From the NCBI GenBank assembly GCA_951406725.2, contig OX597841.1, positions 15,500,001 to 15,564,000 on the forward strand: a stretch of 64,000 bases of DNA, given 5' to 3'. Of the stretch, positions 41,505-55,796 are shown in pieces. Each line of letters opens with the position of its first letter. Position 1 is the first letter of the stretch. This DNA is from Octopus vulgaris. Lineage: Eukaryota. A program made the translations under genes and the position numbers. The notes under the pieces were generated by a model. The model ran no database searches. It was not told the DNA's origin and saw only the letters and a program-made list of their open reading frames with translations.

Positions 41505-41845
41505 GTGAAGGCGCATGGCTCAGTGGTTAGAGCGTCGAGCTTACGATCGTGAGGTTGTGAGCTCGAATCCAGGACCGGGCTGCGTATTGTGTTCTTGAGC
41601 AAGACACTTTATTTCACGTTGCTCCAGTTCACTCAGCTGTAGAAATGAGTTGCGACATCACTGGTGCCAAGCTGTATCGGCCCCTTTTCCCCTCCCTTGG
41701 ACAACATCGGTGACGTGGAGAGGGGAGGCCGGTATGCATGGGCGACTGCTGGCCTTCCATAAAAACAACCTTGCCCAGACTTGTGCCTCAAGGGTAACCC
41801 ATGGTAAGTAGCTTGCTTACCAGTGTCTGACCGAAGGGGGTCACC
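41505..41845 (+). mobile_element. tRNA-derived SINE family C
   Basis: A box TGGCTCAGTGG, B box GCTCGAATCC, cttgagcaagacactt body motif, gaccgaagggggtc tail. Confidence 0.88.
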
Positions 41846-41868
41846 ATATTATTATTATTATTATTATT

Positions 41869-42423
41869 GAGTGAGCGAGCAGAGCATGCCATCGAAGTGA
41901 CACTGGGGTAAAATATACGAAGCCCAGTATACCCATCATGACTACCCGTCTGAAAAGGGTACACCAGGCACATGCATCACAACCATATGTGCGCAACATG
42001 GTGATCTCATATCAAGATAAACAGCACATGACCTTGCAGGTGGGGCCCAGTTAGAATTTTCTTCAGGTCGAGTAACCCATCCCACTCAAAAGGTCCCTGA
42101 ATAAGGGTTGTTTAAGGATGTTGAACGAAACACCCATGTTTCCAGAGGTGAATTATTCAAACCCCAAAGAATCCCTCTCAACACATGGCTATGATGCTCC
42201 CCAACTACTTCTGCTCGTGATCAGAGATGCACATATCGTCAGCAACTAAGGGACATGCTCAACTGGTTAAGGTCAAACAACTGACAAGCAAATCTGTGGT
42301 ATTGAGCAGAATATTTGCTGTAGCCCATCTTTTATACCAAGACAAAACAATGTACATGATAACACTTCCAATCAGTTAAGATCAGAAGCCATGAGAGCCA
42401 CTGCCTGGTACTGCATCAGGGCA
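41869..42423. mobile_element. Family D element in (TTA)n
   Basis: Homologous to 25001-25555. Confidence 0.85.
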
Positions 42424-42424
<1 letters not shown>

Positions 42425-42475
<51 letters not shown>

Positions 42476-43318
42476 GCTATTATTATTATTAGTGAAGGCG
42501 CATGGCTCAGTGGTTAGAGCGTCGAGCTTACGATCGTGAGGTTGTGAGCTCGAATCCAGGACCGGGCTGCGTGTTGTGTTCTTGAGCAAGACACTTTATT
42601 TCACGTTGCTCCAGTTCACTCAGCTTTAGAAATGAGTTGCGACATCACTGGTGCCCAGCTGTATCGGCCCCTTTTCCCCTCCCTTGGACAACATCGGTGA
42701 CGTGGAGAGGGGAGGCCGGTATGCATGGGCGACTGCTGGCCTTCCATAAAAACAACCTTGCCCAGACTTGTGGCTCAATGGTAACCGATTGTAAGTAGCT
42801 TGCTTACTAGTGTCTGACCGAAGGGGGTCACCATATTATTAATATTATTATTATTATTGAGTGAGCGAGCAGAGCATGCCATCGAAGTGACACTGGGGTA
42901 AAATATACGAAGCCCAGTATACCCATCATGACTACCCGTCTGAAAAGGGTACACCAGGCACATGCATCACAACCATGTGCGCGACATGGTGATCTCATAT
43001 CAAGATAAACAGCACATGACCTTGCAGGTGGAGCCCAGTTAGAATTTTCTTCAGATCGAGTAACCCATCCCGCTCAAAGGTCCCTGAATAAGGGTTGTTT
43101 AAGGATGTTGAACGAAACACCCATGTTTCCAGAGGTGAAATATTCAAACCCCAAAGAATCCTTCTCAACACATGGCTATGATGCTCCCCCACTACTTCTG
43201 CTCGTGATCAGAGATGCACATATCGTCAGCCACTAAGGGACATGCTCAACTGGTTAAGGTCAAACAACTGACAAGCAAATCTGTGGTATTGAGCAGAATA
43301 TTTGCTGTAGCCCATCTT
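42425..43318 (+). repeat. Second unit of a 987-bp tandem duplication (SINE C 42492-42832 plus truncated family D 42859-43318)
   Basis: gtgaaggcgcatgg at 41505 and 42492 with identical flanks and junctions. Confidence 0.92.
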
Positions 43319-43477
43319 ATTGGGCTATTATTATTATTATTATTATTACTACTATTATTATTATTATTATTATTATTACTACTATTATTATTATTACTAT
43401 TATTATTATTATCATTATTATTATTATTGCTATTACTATTATTATTACTATTATTATTATTATTATTATTATTATGC

Positions 43478-43523
<46 letters not shown>

Positions 43524-43584
43524 GCTGTTACTATTATTATTATTATTACTATTATTATTATTATTATTACTATTATTATTATTA

Positions 43585-43764
<180 letters not shown>

Positions 43765-44673
43765 AATTTGTTGGAAAAAGCCGCAATAATTTATGCACCA
43801 ACCCAACACTTAAAACAATTTTATCGGAAAAAAAATAAATAAATAAATGAAAGCCAGACACACAGAACGGAATACTATCCCCGGCTGTGTACAAAATAGG
43901 CCCTAGTTATCGGTGTTTAAATTTACTAGTTCCAACAATGAATAAATAAATAAATAAATGGATAAATGGGATTCCTTATTGAAGGCCAAAGAGTGGTTTC
44001 ATCATCGAAAAAAATCAATGTCTTGGTAACCGTCCACAGACAAAAATAGAAAACAAAAACAGTAATTTAAAATGGCGTCCAAAAATTGTTATCTTCACAG
44101 ATAAATCAAAAAAAATATTTCCTCCGCAACCAAGCCGGACATTGTAGTTATTTTGGGAGATCAAACGAAGAATTTAGGGAAGATTGCCTACTATTGACAA
44201 GACAGAGCTGGAACTGGTGTCATAATATTTATGGTTGGTGCTTGTAATAAAAGAAGGTGTTTTCGTCACACGTTCTCTAATCAAATTGGCAACGGAACAT
44301 ATTACAACAAAGATGTTTTGTTTTGAAAAAGTCCCTTTGCTTCTCTTTAAACAAGTTTTAGGACAACAAAACGAGAAACGGCTCAATGAGGTCGCTTGAT
44401 CTGCTGAAAATAGTAACCATGTAACTAAGATTTGTTTTCGATATTCAAACCCTATTTTCTTATTTAAGCGCATGTACACAATTATATGCGCGCGTGCCTG
44501 CACTCCAACACTTATAAAAATATATATGCATGCATCTCTGTGAGATAATTTGATTTGCTGTAAATAGCAGCTAAATTTCACTCAGATAGTTTTCAACACA
44601 CACACACACACACACACATATATACACATACACACACAAACGTATACACATACACACGCATGTTTATGACCAC

Positions 44674-44714
<41 letters not shown>

Positions 44715-44716
<2 letters not shown>

Positions 44717-45110
44717 TCTTTTATTTGTTTCAGCCATTTGACTGCGGCCATGCTAGAGCACCACCTTTAGTCGAGCAAATTGTCCCCAGGACTTATTCTT
44801 TGTAAGCTTAGTTCTTATTCTATCGGTCTCTCATGCCAAACTAAAAAGTTACGGGGACGTAAACACACCAGCATCGGTTGTCAAGCTATGATAGGGGAGG
44901 ACAAACAGAGACAGACAGACACGCACACACACTCACCTATATATATATATATATATATATACGAAAGGCTTCTTTCAGTTTCCGTTTACCAAATCCATTC
45001 ACAAGGCTTTGGTCGGCCAGAGGCTATAGTAGAAGACACTTGCTCAAGGTGCCACTCAGTGAGACTGAACCCGGAACCATGTGGTTGGTAAGCAAGCTAC
45101 TTACCTCACA
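44715..45110 (-). mobile_element. SINE family A
   Basis: Near full-length match to the reverse complement of 58267-58680. Confidence 0.9.
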
Positions 45111-45115
45111 ATATA

Positions 45116-45700
45116 TTCTTTTAGTTCTTTTACTTGTTTTAGTCATTTGACTGCAGCCATGCTGGAGCATCATCTGATGGGCTTCTTTTAGTTTTCGTCT
45201 ACCAAATCGACTCTCAAGGCTTTAGTCGGCCCGAAAGCGCCATGCGGTGGGACTGAACCCAGAACCATATGGTTGGGGAGCTAGCTTCTTACCACACAGC
45301 CATTCCTACGGCTACATACATGCATACATACATACACACACACACACGCACGCACACACACAGACACGCACGCAAAACACACACAGACGCACATACACAC
45401 ACAGACACACGTACATACGCATTCAAACACACATATACAAATACAACACACACACACAAACACAACACGCACACAAACACGAAAACACGCACATACACAC
45501 ACACACACACACACAGATGCACACACACAAACATATGTAGATGTACAAAGGGATTCCATGCAGTTTCCGTCGATCAAATCCACTAATAATTAATTGGTCG
45601 GCCCGTGGCTACGCTAGGAGGCACTTGTGCAAGATGCCGCACCATGGAATTGAACCTGTAAGCATATTGGTTGTAAAGCTAGCTTCTTAACTCCACAACC
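45116..45700 (-). mobile_element. Two further family A copies (internally deleted 45116-45312; old fragment 45545-45700)
   Basis: gactgcagccatgctggagca joined to gggcttcttt..., and a diverged ggtcggcccgtggctac...gaacc segment. Confidence 0.7.
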
Positions 45701-47324
45701 AGTCATCGAGTTATTTCCCTTGCCTTTTTGGGAAGTAGGCGTGATTTTGTTTGAAGGGAGATTTGGCTGCCACTTCTAGCAAATCAATAATCCACCAAGA
45801 GGCTTCCTCCTTCGTTGTCTCGTTATTTGTAGTCACGATGATGATGATGATGATGATGATGATATTTTGGCTGGTGCTATGATGGTGGGAGTCATGGTGG
45901 TGGTGATAGTGGTGGTGGTGGTGGTGGTGGTGATGGTGGTAGTGGTGGTGGTGATAGTGGTGGTCGTGGTGGTGGTGATGGTGGTAGTGGTGGTGGTGAT
46001 AGTGGTGGTGGTGGTGGTGGTGATGGTGGTGTCGATGATGATGGTGGTGATAGTGATGGTGGTAGTAGTGGTGGTGGTGGTGGTGGTGGTGATTATGTTG
46101 ATGGTGATGGTGGCGATGATGATGGTGGTAGTGGTGGTGGTGGTGGTGGTGGTGGTAGTGATGGTGGTGGTGATGGTGGTGCTAGTGATGGTTATGTTGA
46201 TGGTAGTGATGACGGTGGTGGCGGCGGCAGCGTTTGCGCTGACGGTGGTTGTGTCGGTCTCCTGGTGGTAGTCGTGGTAATCGTGGTTAGCGATGGTTTG
46301 GTGGTGGTGGTGGATGCGGCGGCGGCGGCAGTGATTTTTGCCGACGTTGTTGTTTGTGGTGGTAGTGGTGGCGATGGTTAAGTTAGTATTGGTTGTAGTA
46401 GAAGCTGTAAGCAATGGTAGGGGAGGTGGCGGTGTCAGCAGCAGCGGCGGCGGCGGTAGTGTTGGTATGGCGTGCGTGCGCATGCGTGTGTGTGTGGTTT
46501 TAGGGCTTTAGTTTAAAGGGGGTTATTTGACGGTCACAGCTACCATTGGGTGCTCCCTACAAAAATATTTAATGGGTTAACAGGGGCGGAAGGGACAATG
46601 CCAGGAATGGGGGTAATAGCTTAATAAGACAAACATCAACATTAACCACTACCACCACCGCAAACACCACCGCCGCCGCCACCATCACCGCAACCACAGC
46701 CGACGCTACCACCACCACTACCACCATCGGCACAGCTTTCGTTATTATCATCATTATCGACATTAACACCACCACCACCACCACAACCACCACCACAACC
46801 ACCACCGCAACCACCCACTACCAGCACCACTACTACCACCATCACGTCTACCACCACCACCGCCACCACTACCAACATCATTATCATAACCACCACCGCC
46901 ACCAGTGCTACAATCACCACCACCACCATCATCACATCCACCACTACCGCCACGACGACGACGACGACCACCACCAACATTATCACCACCACCACCGCCA
47001 TTACCAACAACAACACCACTACCATCACCACCGCCATCGACACCACAAATACCAACATTGCCACCATCACAACCACCACCTCCACCACCACCACCAACAC
47101 TACTACCACCACCACCACCATCACCATCACAACCACCACCTCCAACATCTCCACCACTACCACTACCCCCAACGCCATCAACTTAGTACAACTAAAACCC
47201 CGGACCCAAGATCATAAGGACGGCCCTCAACCCTTCCCCACCTCTTATTTGACTGTTTTGTTATCTTTCAGAAACTCTCGTTTCTGAAAAATCGTAAAAA
47301 TACCTCTTTTACTTCCTAGTACCT

Positions 47325-47378
<54 letters not shown>

Positions 47379-47400
47379 AAAGAGAGAAATACACTAGCAA

Positions 47401-47560
47401 ATAGGTGCGGCTGTGTGGTAAGAAGCTTGATTCCCGACCACATGGTTCCGGGTTCAGTCCCACTGCATGGCACCTTGGGTAAATGTCTTCTACTGTAGCC
47501 TCGGGCCAACCAAAACCTTGTGAGTGGATTTTGTAGACAGAAACTGAAAGATACTCATCG

Positions 47561-47591
<31 letters not shown>

Positions 47592-47808
47592 TTGTGTGTC
47601 TGCGTTTGTCCTCCACACTATCGTTTGACAACCGATATTGGTATGTTTACGTCCCTGTAAACCAGTGGTTCGGCAAAAAGGGACCGATAGAATAAGTACT
47701 AGACTTACAACGAATAAGTCCTGGGGTGGATTTATTCGACTTAAGGCGGTGTTCCAGCATGGCCGCAGTCAAATGACTGAAACAAATAAAAGAATGAAAG
47801 AATAAAAT
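47401..47808 (+). mobile_element. SINE family A, full length
   Basis: ggctgtgtggtaag head, GGTTCAGTCCC B box, internal (TG)n, aaagaat tail. Confidence 0.9.
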
Positions 47809-47815
47809 ATCTATT

Positions 47816-47816
<1 letters not shown>

Positions 47817-47849
<33 letters not shown>

Positions 47850-48579
47850 TGTATGTATGTATGTATGTATGTATGTATGTATGTAGTGTGTATGTATGTA
47901 TGTATGTATGTATGTATGTATGTATGTATGTATGTATGTATGTATGTATGTATGTATGTATGTATGTATGTATGTATGTATGTATGTATGTATGTAGTGT
48001 GTATGTATGTATGTATGTATGTATGTATGTATGTATGTATGTATGTATGTATGTATGTATGTATGTATGTATGTATGTATGTATGTATGTATGTATGTAT
48101 GTATGTATGTAGTGTGTATGTATGTATGTTTGTATGTATGTATGTATGTATGTATGTATGTATGTAGTGTGTATGTATGTATGTATGTATGTATGTATGT
48201 ATGTATGTATGTATGTATGTATGTATGTATGTATGTATGTATGTATGTATGTAGTGTGTATGTATGTATGTATGTATGTATGTATGTAGTGTGTATGTAT
48301 GTATGTATGTATGTATGTATGTATGTATGTATGTAGTGTGTATGTATGTATGTATGTATGTATGTATGTATGTATGTATGTATGTATGTATGTATGTATG
48401 TATGTATGTATGTATGTATGTATGTATGTATGTATGTATGTATGTATGTATGTATGTATGTATGTATGTATGTATGTATGTATGTATGCATGTATGTATG
48501 TATGTATGTAAGTATGTATGTATGTATGTATGTACGTATGTATGTATGTATGTATGTAGTGTGTATGTATGTATGTTTG

Positions 48580-48610
<31 letters not shown>

Positions 48611-48835
48611 GTATGTATGTATGTATGTATGTATGTATGTATGTATGTATGTATGTATGTGTGTATGTATGTATGTATGTATGTATGTATGTATGTATGT
48701 ATGTATGTATGTATGTATATATATATGTGTATGTATGTATGTATGTATGTATGTATGTATGTATGTATGTATGTATGTATGTATGTATGTATGTATGTAT
48801 GTATGTATGTATGTATGTATGTATGTATGTATGTG
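47817..48835. repeat. (TATG)n array with recurring TAGTG interruption
   Basis: Direct inspection. Confidence 0.97.
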
Positions 48836-49025
48836 ATGCCATCAGTCCTACCATTATAGATCCATAGCAAACATACTACACAACCAGACACGTTTAAATG
48901 TTCTCGTCAACAATGCTCGTCCTGTCCCTACGTGAACAATACCTTAGCTATTACTGGGTCAAATGAACCACGTCATACCACACGGCACTTCTGATGCAGA
49001 TTGTCTAACCTTATACATAGAAGCA

Positions 49026-49160
49026 TGAAGACGCGTAGCTTACGTGTTAGGCAATTCGGTTTACGATCGTAAGGTTGTGATTTCGATTCCCTGTGACACA
49101 TTGAGTCCTTGAGCAAGACAATTTACTTCACGTTGCTACAGTCCACTCAGCAGATAAAAA
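49026..49160 (+). mobile_element. SINE family C head, truncated
   Basis: tgaagacgcgtagct...tttcgattcc...ccttgagcaagac...cagtccactcagc. Confidence 0.7.
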
Positions 49161-49505
49161 AGAGGGATCTCCTCTATTTGGCTGCCACTTTTCGATTTAT
49201 TCCATTTCGTTCCAATTGATTTCATATTTGGTACATTGGTGTAGTTTTGTAAGATAATCATTGACATGAATTTCAATTTCGCCATAAATCAATACACAAA
49301 GCTACTTACATATAGGTGCCTGTTTCCATAGTAACAAGCCAAGGTGTTACCAAGCTGCATACAACGTATTCTTTTTGTCACTTATTAAATGCTTAAAACA
49401 CGTGTGATACGAAATGTGCTGAAAATAATAGCTGAATAGGCCTTAAATCATGCACCAAATTTTTTTTTACATAATCGGATGAGTTCTCTGTGTACAATAC
49501 AAATT

Positions 49506-49548
49506 TACTCTTTTACTCCGTTGGGGGGGACAAACACAGACTCACAAA

Positions 49549-49588
<40 letters not shown>

Positions 49589-49795
49589 GTGTGTGTATAT
49601 GTTTGTCCCCCCAACAACATCGATTGACAACCGATGCTGGTGTGTTTACGTCCCCGTAACATTAGCGGTTCGGCAAAAAAGACCGATAGAATAAGTAACA
49701 GGTTTACAAAAGAATAAGTCCTGGCGTCGATTTGTTCGACTAAAGGCGGTGCTCCAGCATGGCCACTGTCAAATGACTGAAATAAACAAATTAAA
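49506..49795 (+). mobile_element. Rearranged SINE family A (inverted fragment plus 3' half)
   Basis: gttggggggacaaaca ... microsatellite ... tgtttgtccccccaac inverted pair, followed by the normal 3' module. Confidence 0.75.
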
Positions 49796-50919
49796 GTATA
49801 TATACAACATAGGGCCCTGCGCGCGCGCACATATATATACTCATACATACATACACACGCACATACACACACATATATACAAACACATACGCACACTTTC
49901 ACCCACACATACACACATACATACGCGCGCACACATACGCATGAATACACACATACACATTCATACACACACATTCACACACACATACAAAAACACTCAC
50001 ACATACACACACAAACACACACATACATACATACATATATACACACACATACATACACACGCACATACACACACATATATACAAACACATACACACACTT
50101 TCACCCACACATACACACATACATACACGCACACACATACACATGCATACACACATACACATACATACACACACACACACATTTACACAGACACACACAC
50201 AGACACATACGTACACACACACACTTACACATTTACACAGACACACACGCATGCGCACACGCACACAAACAAACACCATGACTGCGCCATATCAGATCAG
50301 CAGAACCGGAAACGCCTCCTCCTCCCCCCCCCTCCACCACCAAACCACTGAAAAAAAGTAATTGCCAAAGACACCGACCCGAGACTGGGAGAAAGTTTAT
50401 GGTTCCTAAACCATCAATGCCAGCCCCCCCCCCCCACCACCACCACCACCACCATCTCATTCACCACCGTTGCCACCGCCACCGCCGCTGCCCCCCCCCA
50501 CCACCACCACCACCATCTCATTCACCACCGTTGCCACCGCCACCGCCGCTGCCCCACCACCACCACCACCACCACCACCCGATGGTAAAACCATCAGATA
50601 CAGGACCCGTCTGATTCTGTATTGCACCCATCACCCTTTCATGCAACCCCTGACCCCATTACAGTAGCAGCAGCTGCTGTGGTGTAGGTGGTGGTGGTGG
50701 CGGATGTGGTAGTAGTAGTAGTAATTGTTGTGATGGTGGTGGTGGTATTAATGATATTAGTAGCAGTAGCAACAGTAGTAGTAGTCATAGTAGTAGTAGT
50801 AGTAGTAGCAGTAGTCGTAGTAGTAGAAGTAGTAGTAGTGATGGTGGTGGTTGTAGTGCTAGTAGTGGTGGTGATTGTAGTAGTGGTAGTAATAGTGTTA
50901 ATATCATTATTATTATTAT

Positions 50920-50951
<32 letters not shown>

Positions 50952-50952
50952 A

Positions 50953-51023
<71 letters not shown>

Positions 51024-51114
51024 ATGGTGGTGATGGTGGTGGTTGTAGTGTTAGTAGTGGTTGTGGTTATAGTAGTGGTATTAAAACTGTTAATACTATT
51101 ATTATTATTATTAT

Positions 51115-51187
<73 letters not shown>

Positions 51188-51498
51188 AGTAGTGGTGGTG
51201 GTGGTGGTTAAGTCTTCAACCGTTCTGTTCGGCAGTCATGGCGGAAAGGTTAACGTTCTCGTTGGGGGAGAGTGTGCTTATATGGGGGGGGGAGGGTATG
51301 TGGGGGTAGCGGGACGGAGAGTATAAGCAATGAGGGTGGGTGTGTGGGAGAATTAGGCGTGGGTGGTCATGAACGGCGTGGGAGGGTGATATTGGAGGAG
51401 AGGCGCATCAACACCCCGCCCCGCCCCGCACCGCCACGGCTGAAATTTGGATATTTCAATGTTGAATGTGTATGTTTGGCCTATAGATCCATCTGTGA

Positions 51499-51563
<65 letters not shown>

Positions 51564-51564
51564 A

Positions 51565-52215
51565 GTAAAGACCCCCTTCGGTCAAGAATGACCATGGGAT
51601 TGCACCTAGAAAGTTCCCCTCTAAAGCACAAGTCCAGGCAATGTTCTTTAAGGAAGACCAGCGGTCTCCCATGCATGCCAGCCTCTCCTCTCCACACCAT
51701 TATATGGTCATAGGGTAATGGGTAAAGACCCCCTTCGGTCAAGAATGACCATGGGATTGCACCTAGAAAGTTCCCCTCTAAAGCACAAGTCCAGGCAATG
51801 TTCTTTAAGGAAGACCAGCGGTCTCCCATGCATGCCAGCCTCTCCTCTCCACACCATTATATGGTCATAGGGTAATGGGTAAAGACCCCCTTCGGTCAAG
51901 AATGACCATGGGATTGCACCCAGAAAGTTCCGCTCCGAGGCACAAATCCGGGCAAGGTTGTTCATGGAAGACCAGCAGTCGCCCATGCATACCGGCCTCC
52001 ACCTCCATGCCACTGATGTTATCCAAAGGAAAGGCAACACCTGATATAGCTTGGCACCTGTGACATTGCAACTCATTTCTACAGGTGAGTGAACGGGAGC
52101 AACGTTAAATATGGTGTTTTTCCTAAGAACGAAACACACAGCTCGTTCCAGGTATTGAACTCACTACCTCTCGATTGTGAGCCCGACACTTCAACCATTG
52201 AGCCATGCGCCTTCG
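51565..52215 (-). mobile_element. SINE family C followed by two extra 157-bp tail units
   Basis: gtaaagacccccttcgg at 51565, 51722 and 51879; tRNA head ends at gagccatgcgccttc (52214). Confidence 0.88.
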
Positions 52216-52432
52216 CAAATGCGCTTGCATGTACGTATAATATTAATACCAAGAAATATTTTACGGATGGCAATTTTTATATTTTTATTAAGGTATTGCT
52301 ACATATGTTTCGGCATGACTTCTATTTTAATATATGTATGTACATGCATACATACATACACACACACACGCATCAACAACAGGGTATGTATGTATGTATG
52401 TATGTATGTATGTATGTATGTATGTATGTATG

Positions 52433-52795
52433 TATGTCTGTGCAAGACCCTGCCTCAGTAAAGCTGGACTCATGAGTCATCTTCGTAGTCATAAAACGAG
52501 ACAGATGAGTGACAACCTGGCCACTGGTGGTGGTGTAACACACCATACTAATCATATCTGTCGGGCATGTGGAAGAGAGTGTAATTCGGCAGGAGGACTT
52601 AAACGACATGCAAAGGTACATGAAGCCCAGCTACAACTACAGCCGGCTTTTTACCGGTAAAGGTTTTAGTTGCCAATTCTGTACAAGACATTGTAGATCT
52701 TTAGCTGGGCTAAAAAGTCACATTCGATCACAGCACCAGAAACAGTTAAGCTTCGTGCAATGGCCGTACTCGATAACGAGGGGGCAGCCATAACA
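52433..52795 (+). pseudogene. 3' remnant of a LINE (RTE-like) ORF with three C2H2-like zinc fingers, frameshifted
   Basis: CARPCLSKAGLMSHLRSH, CRACGRECNSAGGLKRHAKVH, then in another frame CQFCTRHCRSLAGLKSHIRSQH; followed by the hairpin ctcg ataa cgag and a (TATG)n tail. No TGEKP linkers. Confidence 0.72.
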
Positions 52796-52799
52796 TAAC

Positions 52800-53745
52800 A
52801 TATATGTATGTATGCATGTATGTATGTATGTATGTATGTATGTATGTATGTATGTATGTATGTATGTATGTATGTATGTATGTATGTATGTATGTATGTA
52901 TGTATGTGTTGTATGCATGTATGTATGTGTGTATGTATGTATGTGTTTATGCATGTTTGTATGTATGTGTGTATGTATGTATGTATGTATGTATGTATGT
53001 ATGCATGCATATATGTATGTATGTATTTATGTATGTATATATGTATGTATGTATGTGTGCATGTATGTATGTATGTATGTATGTATGTATGTATGTATGT
53101 ATGCATGTATGTATGTATGTATGCATGTATGTTTGTATGTATGTATGTATGTATGTATGTATGCATGCATATATGTATGTATGTATTTATGTATGTATGG
53201 ATGTATGTATGTATGTATGTTTGTATGTATGAATGTATGTATGTATGTATGTATGTATGAATGTATGTATGTATGTATGTTTGTATGTATGTATATATGT
53301 ATGTATGTATGTTTGTATGTATGAATGCATGTATGTATGTATGTATGCATGTATGTATTTATATTTAAGCAGTTATTTACGTACAACTATGTGTTGTATA
53401 TATGTGTATAAAATGAGTGTATATGGACGCATAAGTGTGTATGAGTTCGTGGGACGATATGGCGAAAGAGGGTGAGAGTGGTAAGGGAGATAATTTGCAT
53501 CGCTTTCTACAAAAATCCATCGGGACTTAAAAGCCGATGGCTCTCTCACGCTCGGTCCGCTTCTCTCTCTCTCTCTCTCTCTTGATCCTCTTCTCTCTCT
53601 CTCTCTCTCCCTTTCTCTGAATCCCCCTCACATTCACCTTCCTCCCCCATGATATCAGTTTTCATCTTCCTGTCACATGTTATCTCTTCGACTTTATCCC
53701 TCTTGTATATAGCTATGCATGCCTGTATATATGTATGTATGTGTG

Positions 53746-53776
<31 letters not shown>

Positions 53777-53777
53777 G

Positions 53778-53837
<60 letters not shown>

Positions 53838-53938
53838 GACGCGTATATACATATATATATGTACAAATATATACATACATATATACATACATACATGCAT
53901 ACATATATACTTACATAGATATATATATGTATATATAT

Positions 53939-53977
<39 letters not shown>

Positions 53978-54079
53978 CATGTATGTATATATGTATATGT
54001 ATGCACATATATGTATATGCGTGTGTGTGTGTGTGTGAATATATGTATATACATATGTATATATATTCTCACTCTCTCG

Positions 54080-54116
<37 letters not shown>

Positions 54117-54180
54117 CATATATAGAAGCATATGTATACGTTAAGTAGGTCAGATCCATATACATACAATCTGTTTTTGC

Positions 54181-54215
<35 letters not shown>

Positions 54216-54457
54216 CGTATATTTATGCTTATACGTTGGTAGGTGTGTGTGCATGAGTGTGTGTGTGTGCATGAGTGTGTGTGTTTGCGTGTGTGTGTAC
54301 GTGTGTGTGTGTGTGTGGTATGTGACCTACTTATTAAAAGGCGGATTAAATGCTGAGCTCAAAGAATTTTCTTATCTGATATTTCTTAAGTTAGTCAAAA
54401 GGATATTGATGACGATGATGATGATAATGATGATGATGATGTTGATGGTGGTGATGG

Positions 54458-54510
<53 letters not shown>

Positions 54511-54938
54511 GTGGTGGTGATGGTGGTGGTGGTGGTGATGCTGATGATGATGATGATGATGATGATGATAGTGTTGGTGATGGTGGTGGCGGTGGTGGTG
54601 GTGGTGGTGGTGGTGGTTGTGCAGGTGATGATGAGGATGATGATGGGGGTCATGATGGGGGTGATGGCAGTGGTAGTTGTGGTGGTGGTGGTGGTGGTGG
54701 TGGTGATAATGATGATGGAAGGTGGGCATTGACGGCGTGGGGATGGGTGACGGTGGTGATGGTAGTGTTGGTGATGGTAACGATGGTGATGAGAACGATG
54801 ATGATGACTGCAAAGATGATTAGGAGGATTCTGATGACGATGACCACGCCGATGACAACTTTAATGGCTGTGTGGATGACGATGATGACGACAATGATGA
54901 TGATGATGATGACGATGACGATGACAATGACGATGATG

Positions 54939-54980
<42 letters not shown>

Positions 54981-55116
54981 GTGGTGCTAATGTTGATGAT
55001 GATGGTGGTGGTGATGATGATGATGGTGATGATGATGATGTTGATGATGATGATGATGGTGATGATGATGGTGATGATGATGATGATGATGATGATGGTG
55101 ATGACGTTGGTGGTGG

Positions 55117-55151
<35 letters not shown>

Positions 55152-55159
55152 GTGATTAC

Positions 55160-55190
<31 letters not shown>

Positions 55191-55307
55191 GTGATGACGT
55201 TGGTGGTGGTGATGATGATGATGATGATGATGGTGATGATGATAGTGGTGATGATGATGACGATGATGATGATGGTAATGATGATGGTAATGATGATGAT
55301 TATGATG

Positions 55308-55364
<57 letters not shown>

Positions 55365-55480
55365 GTGATGACGTTGGTGGTGGTGATGATGATGATGATG
55401 ATGATGATGATGGTGATGATGATGGTGGTGATGATGATGATGATGATGACGACGATGATGATGATGATGATGATGATGGT
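52800..55480. repeat. (TATG)n, (TA)n and (GAT)n arrays
   Basis: Direct inspection. Confidence 0.93.
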
Positions 55481-55569
55481 GATACAGTGTTCCCATTAAT
55501 TTTTGATGATAATTATAGGATTGAATCTGAGGAAGTCTGTATCATCATACATATACACATACATGTACG

Positions 55570-55600
<31 letters not shown>

Positions 55601-55796
55601 GCACACACACACACAAATGATCGGGGTCAACATTTCCGACTAAAGCTCATCGAATTATTGTAGATGTGTGTAATGTATGTGTGTGCATGTGCGTGTATAT
55701 ATGTATGCATATATGCATGTGTCTGTGTATGCGCTTGTGTGTATATATGTATGTATGTATGCATTGTATGAATTTTTGAATGTATGTGCGTGTGTA

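Noticed and set aside
52334-52793. Host C2H2 zinc-finger gene
   Set aside because: Frameshifted, no TGEKP linkers, starts in a microsatellite and ends in a LINE-like tail; treated as a retrotransposon remnant.
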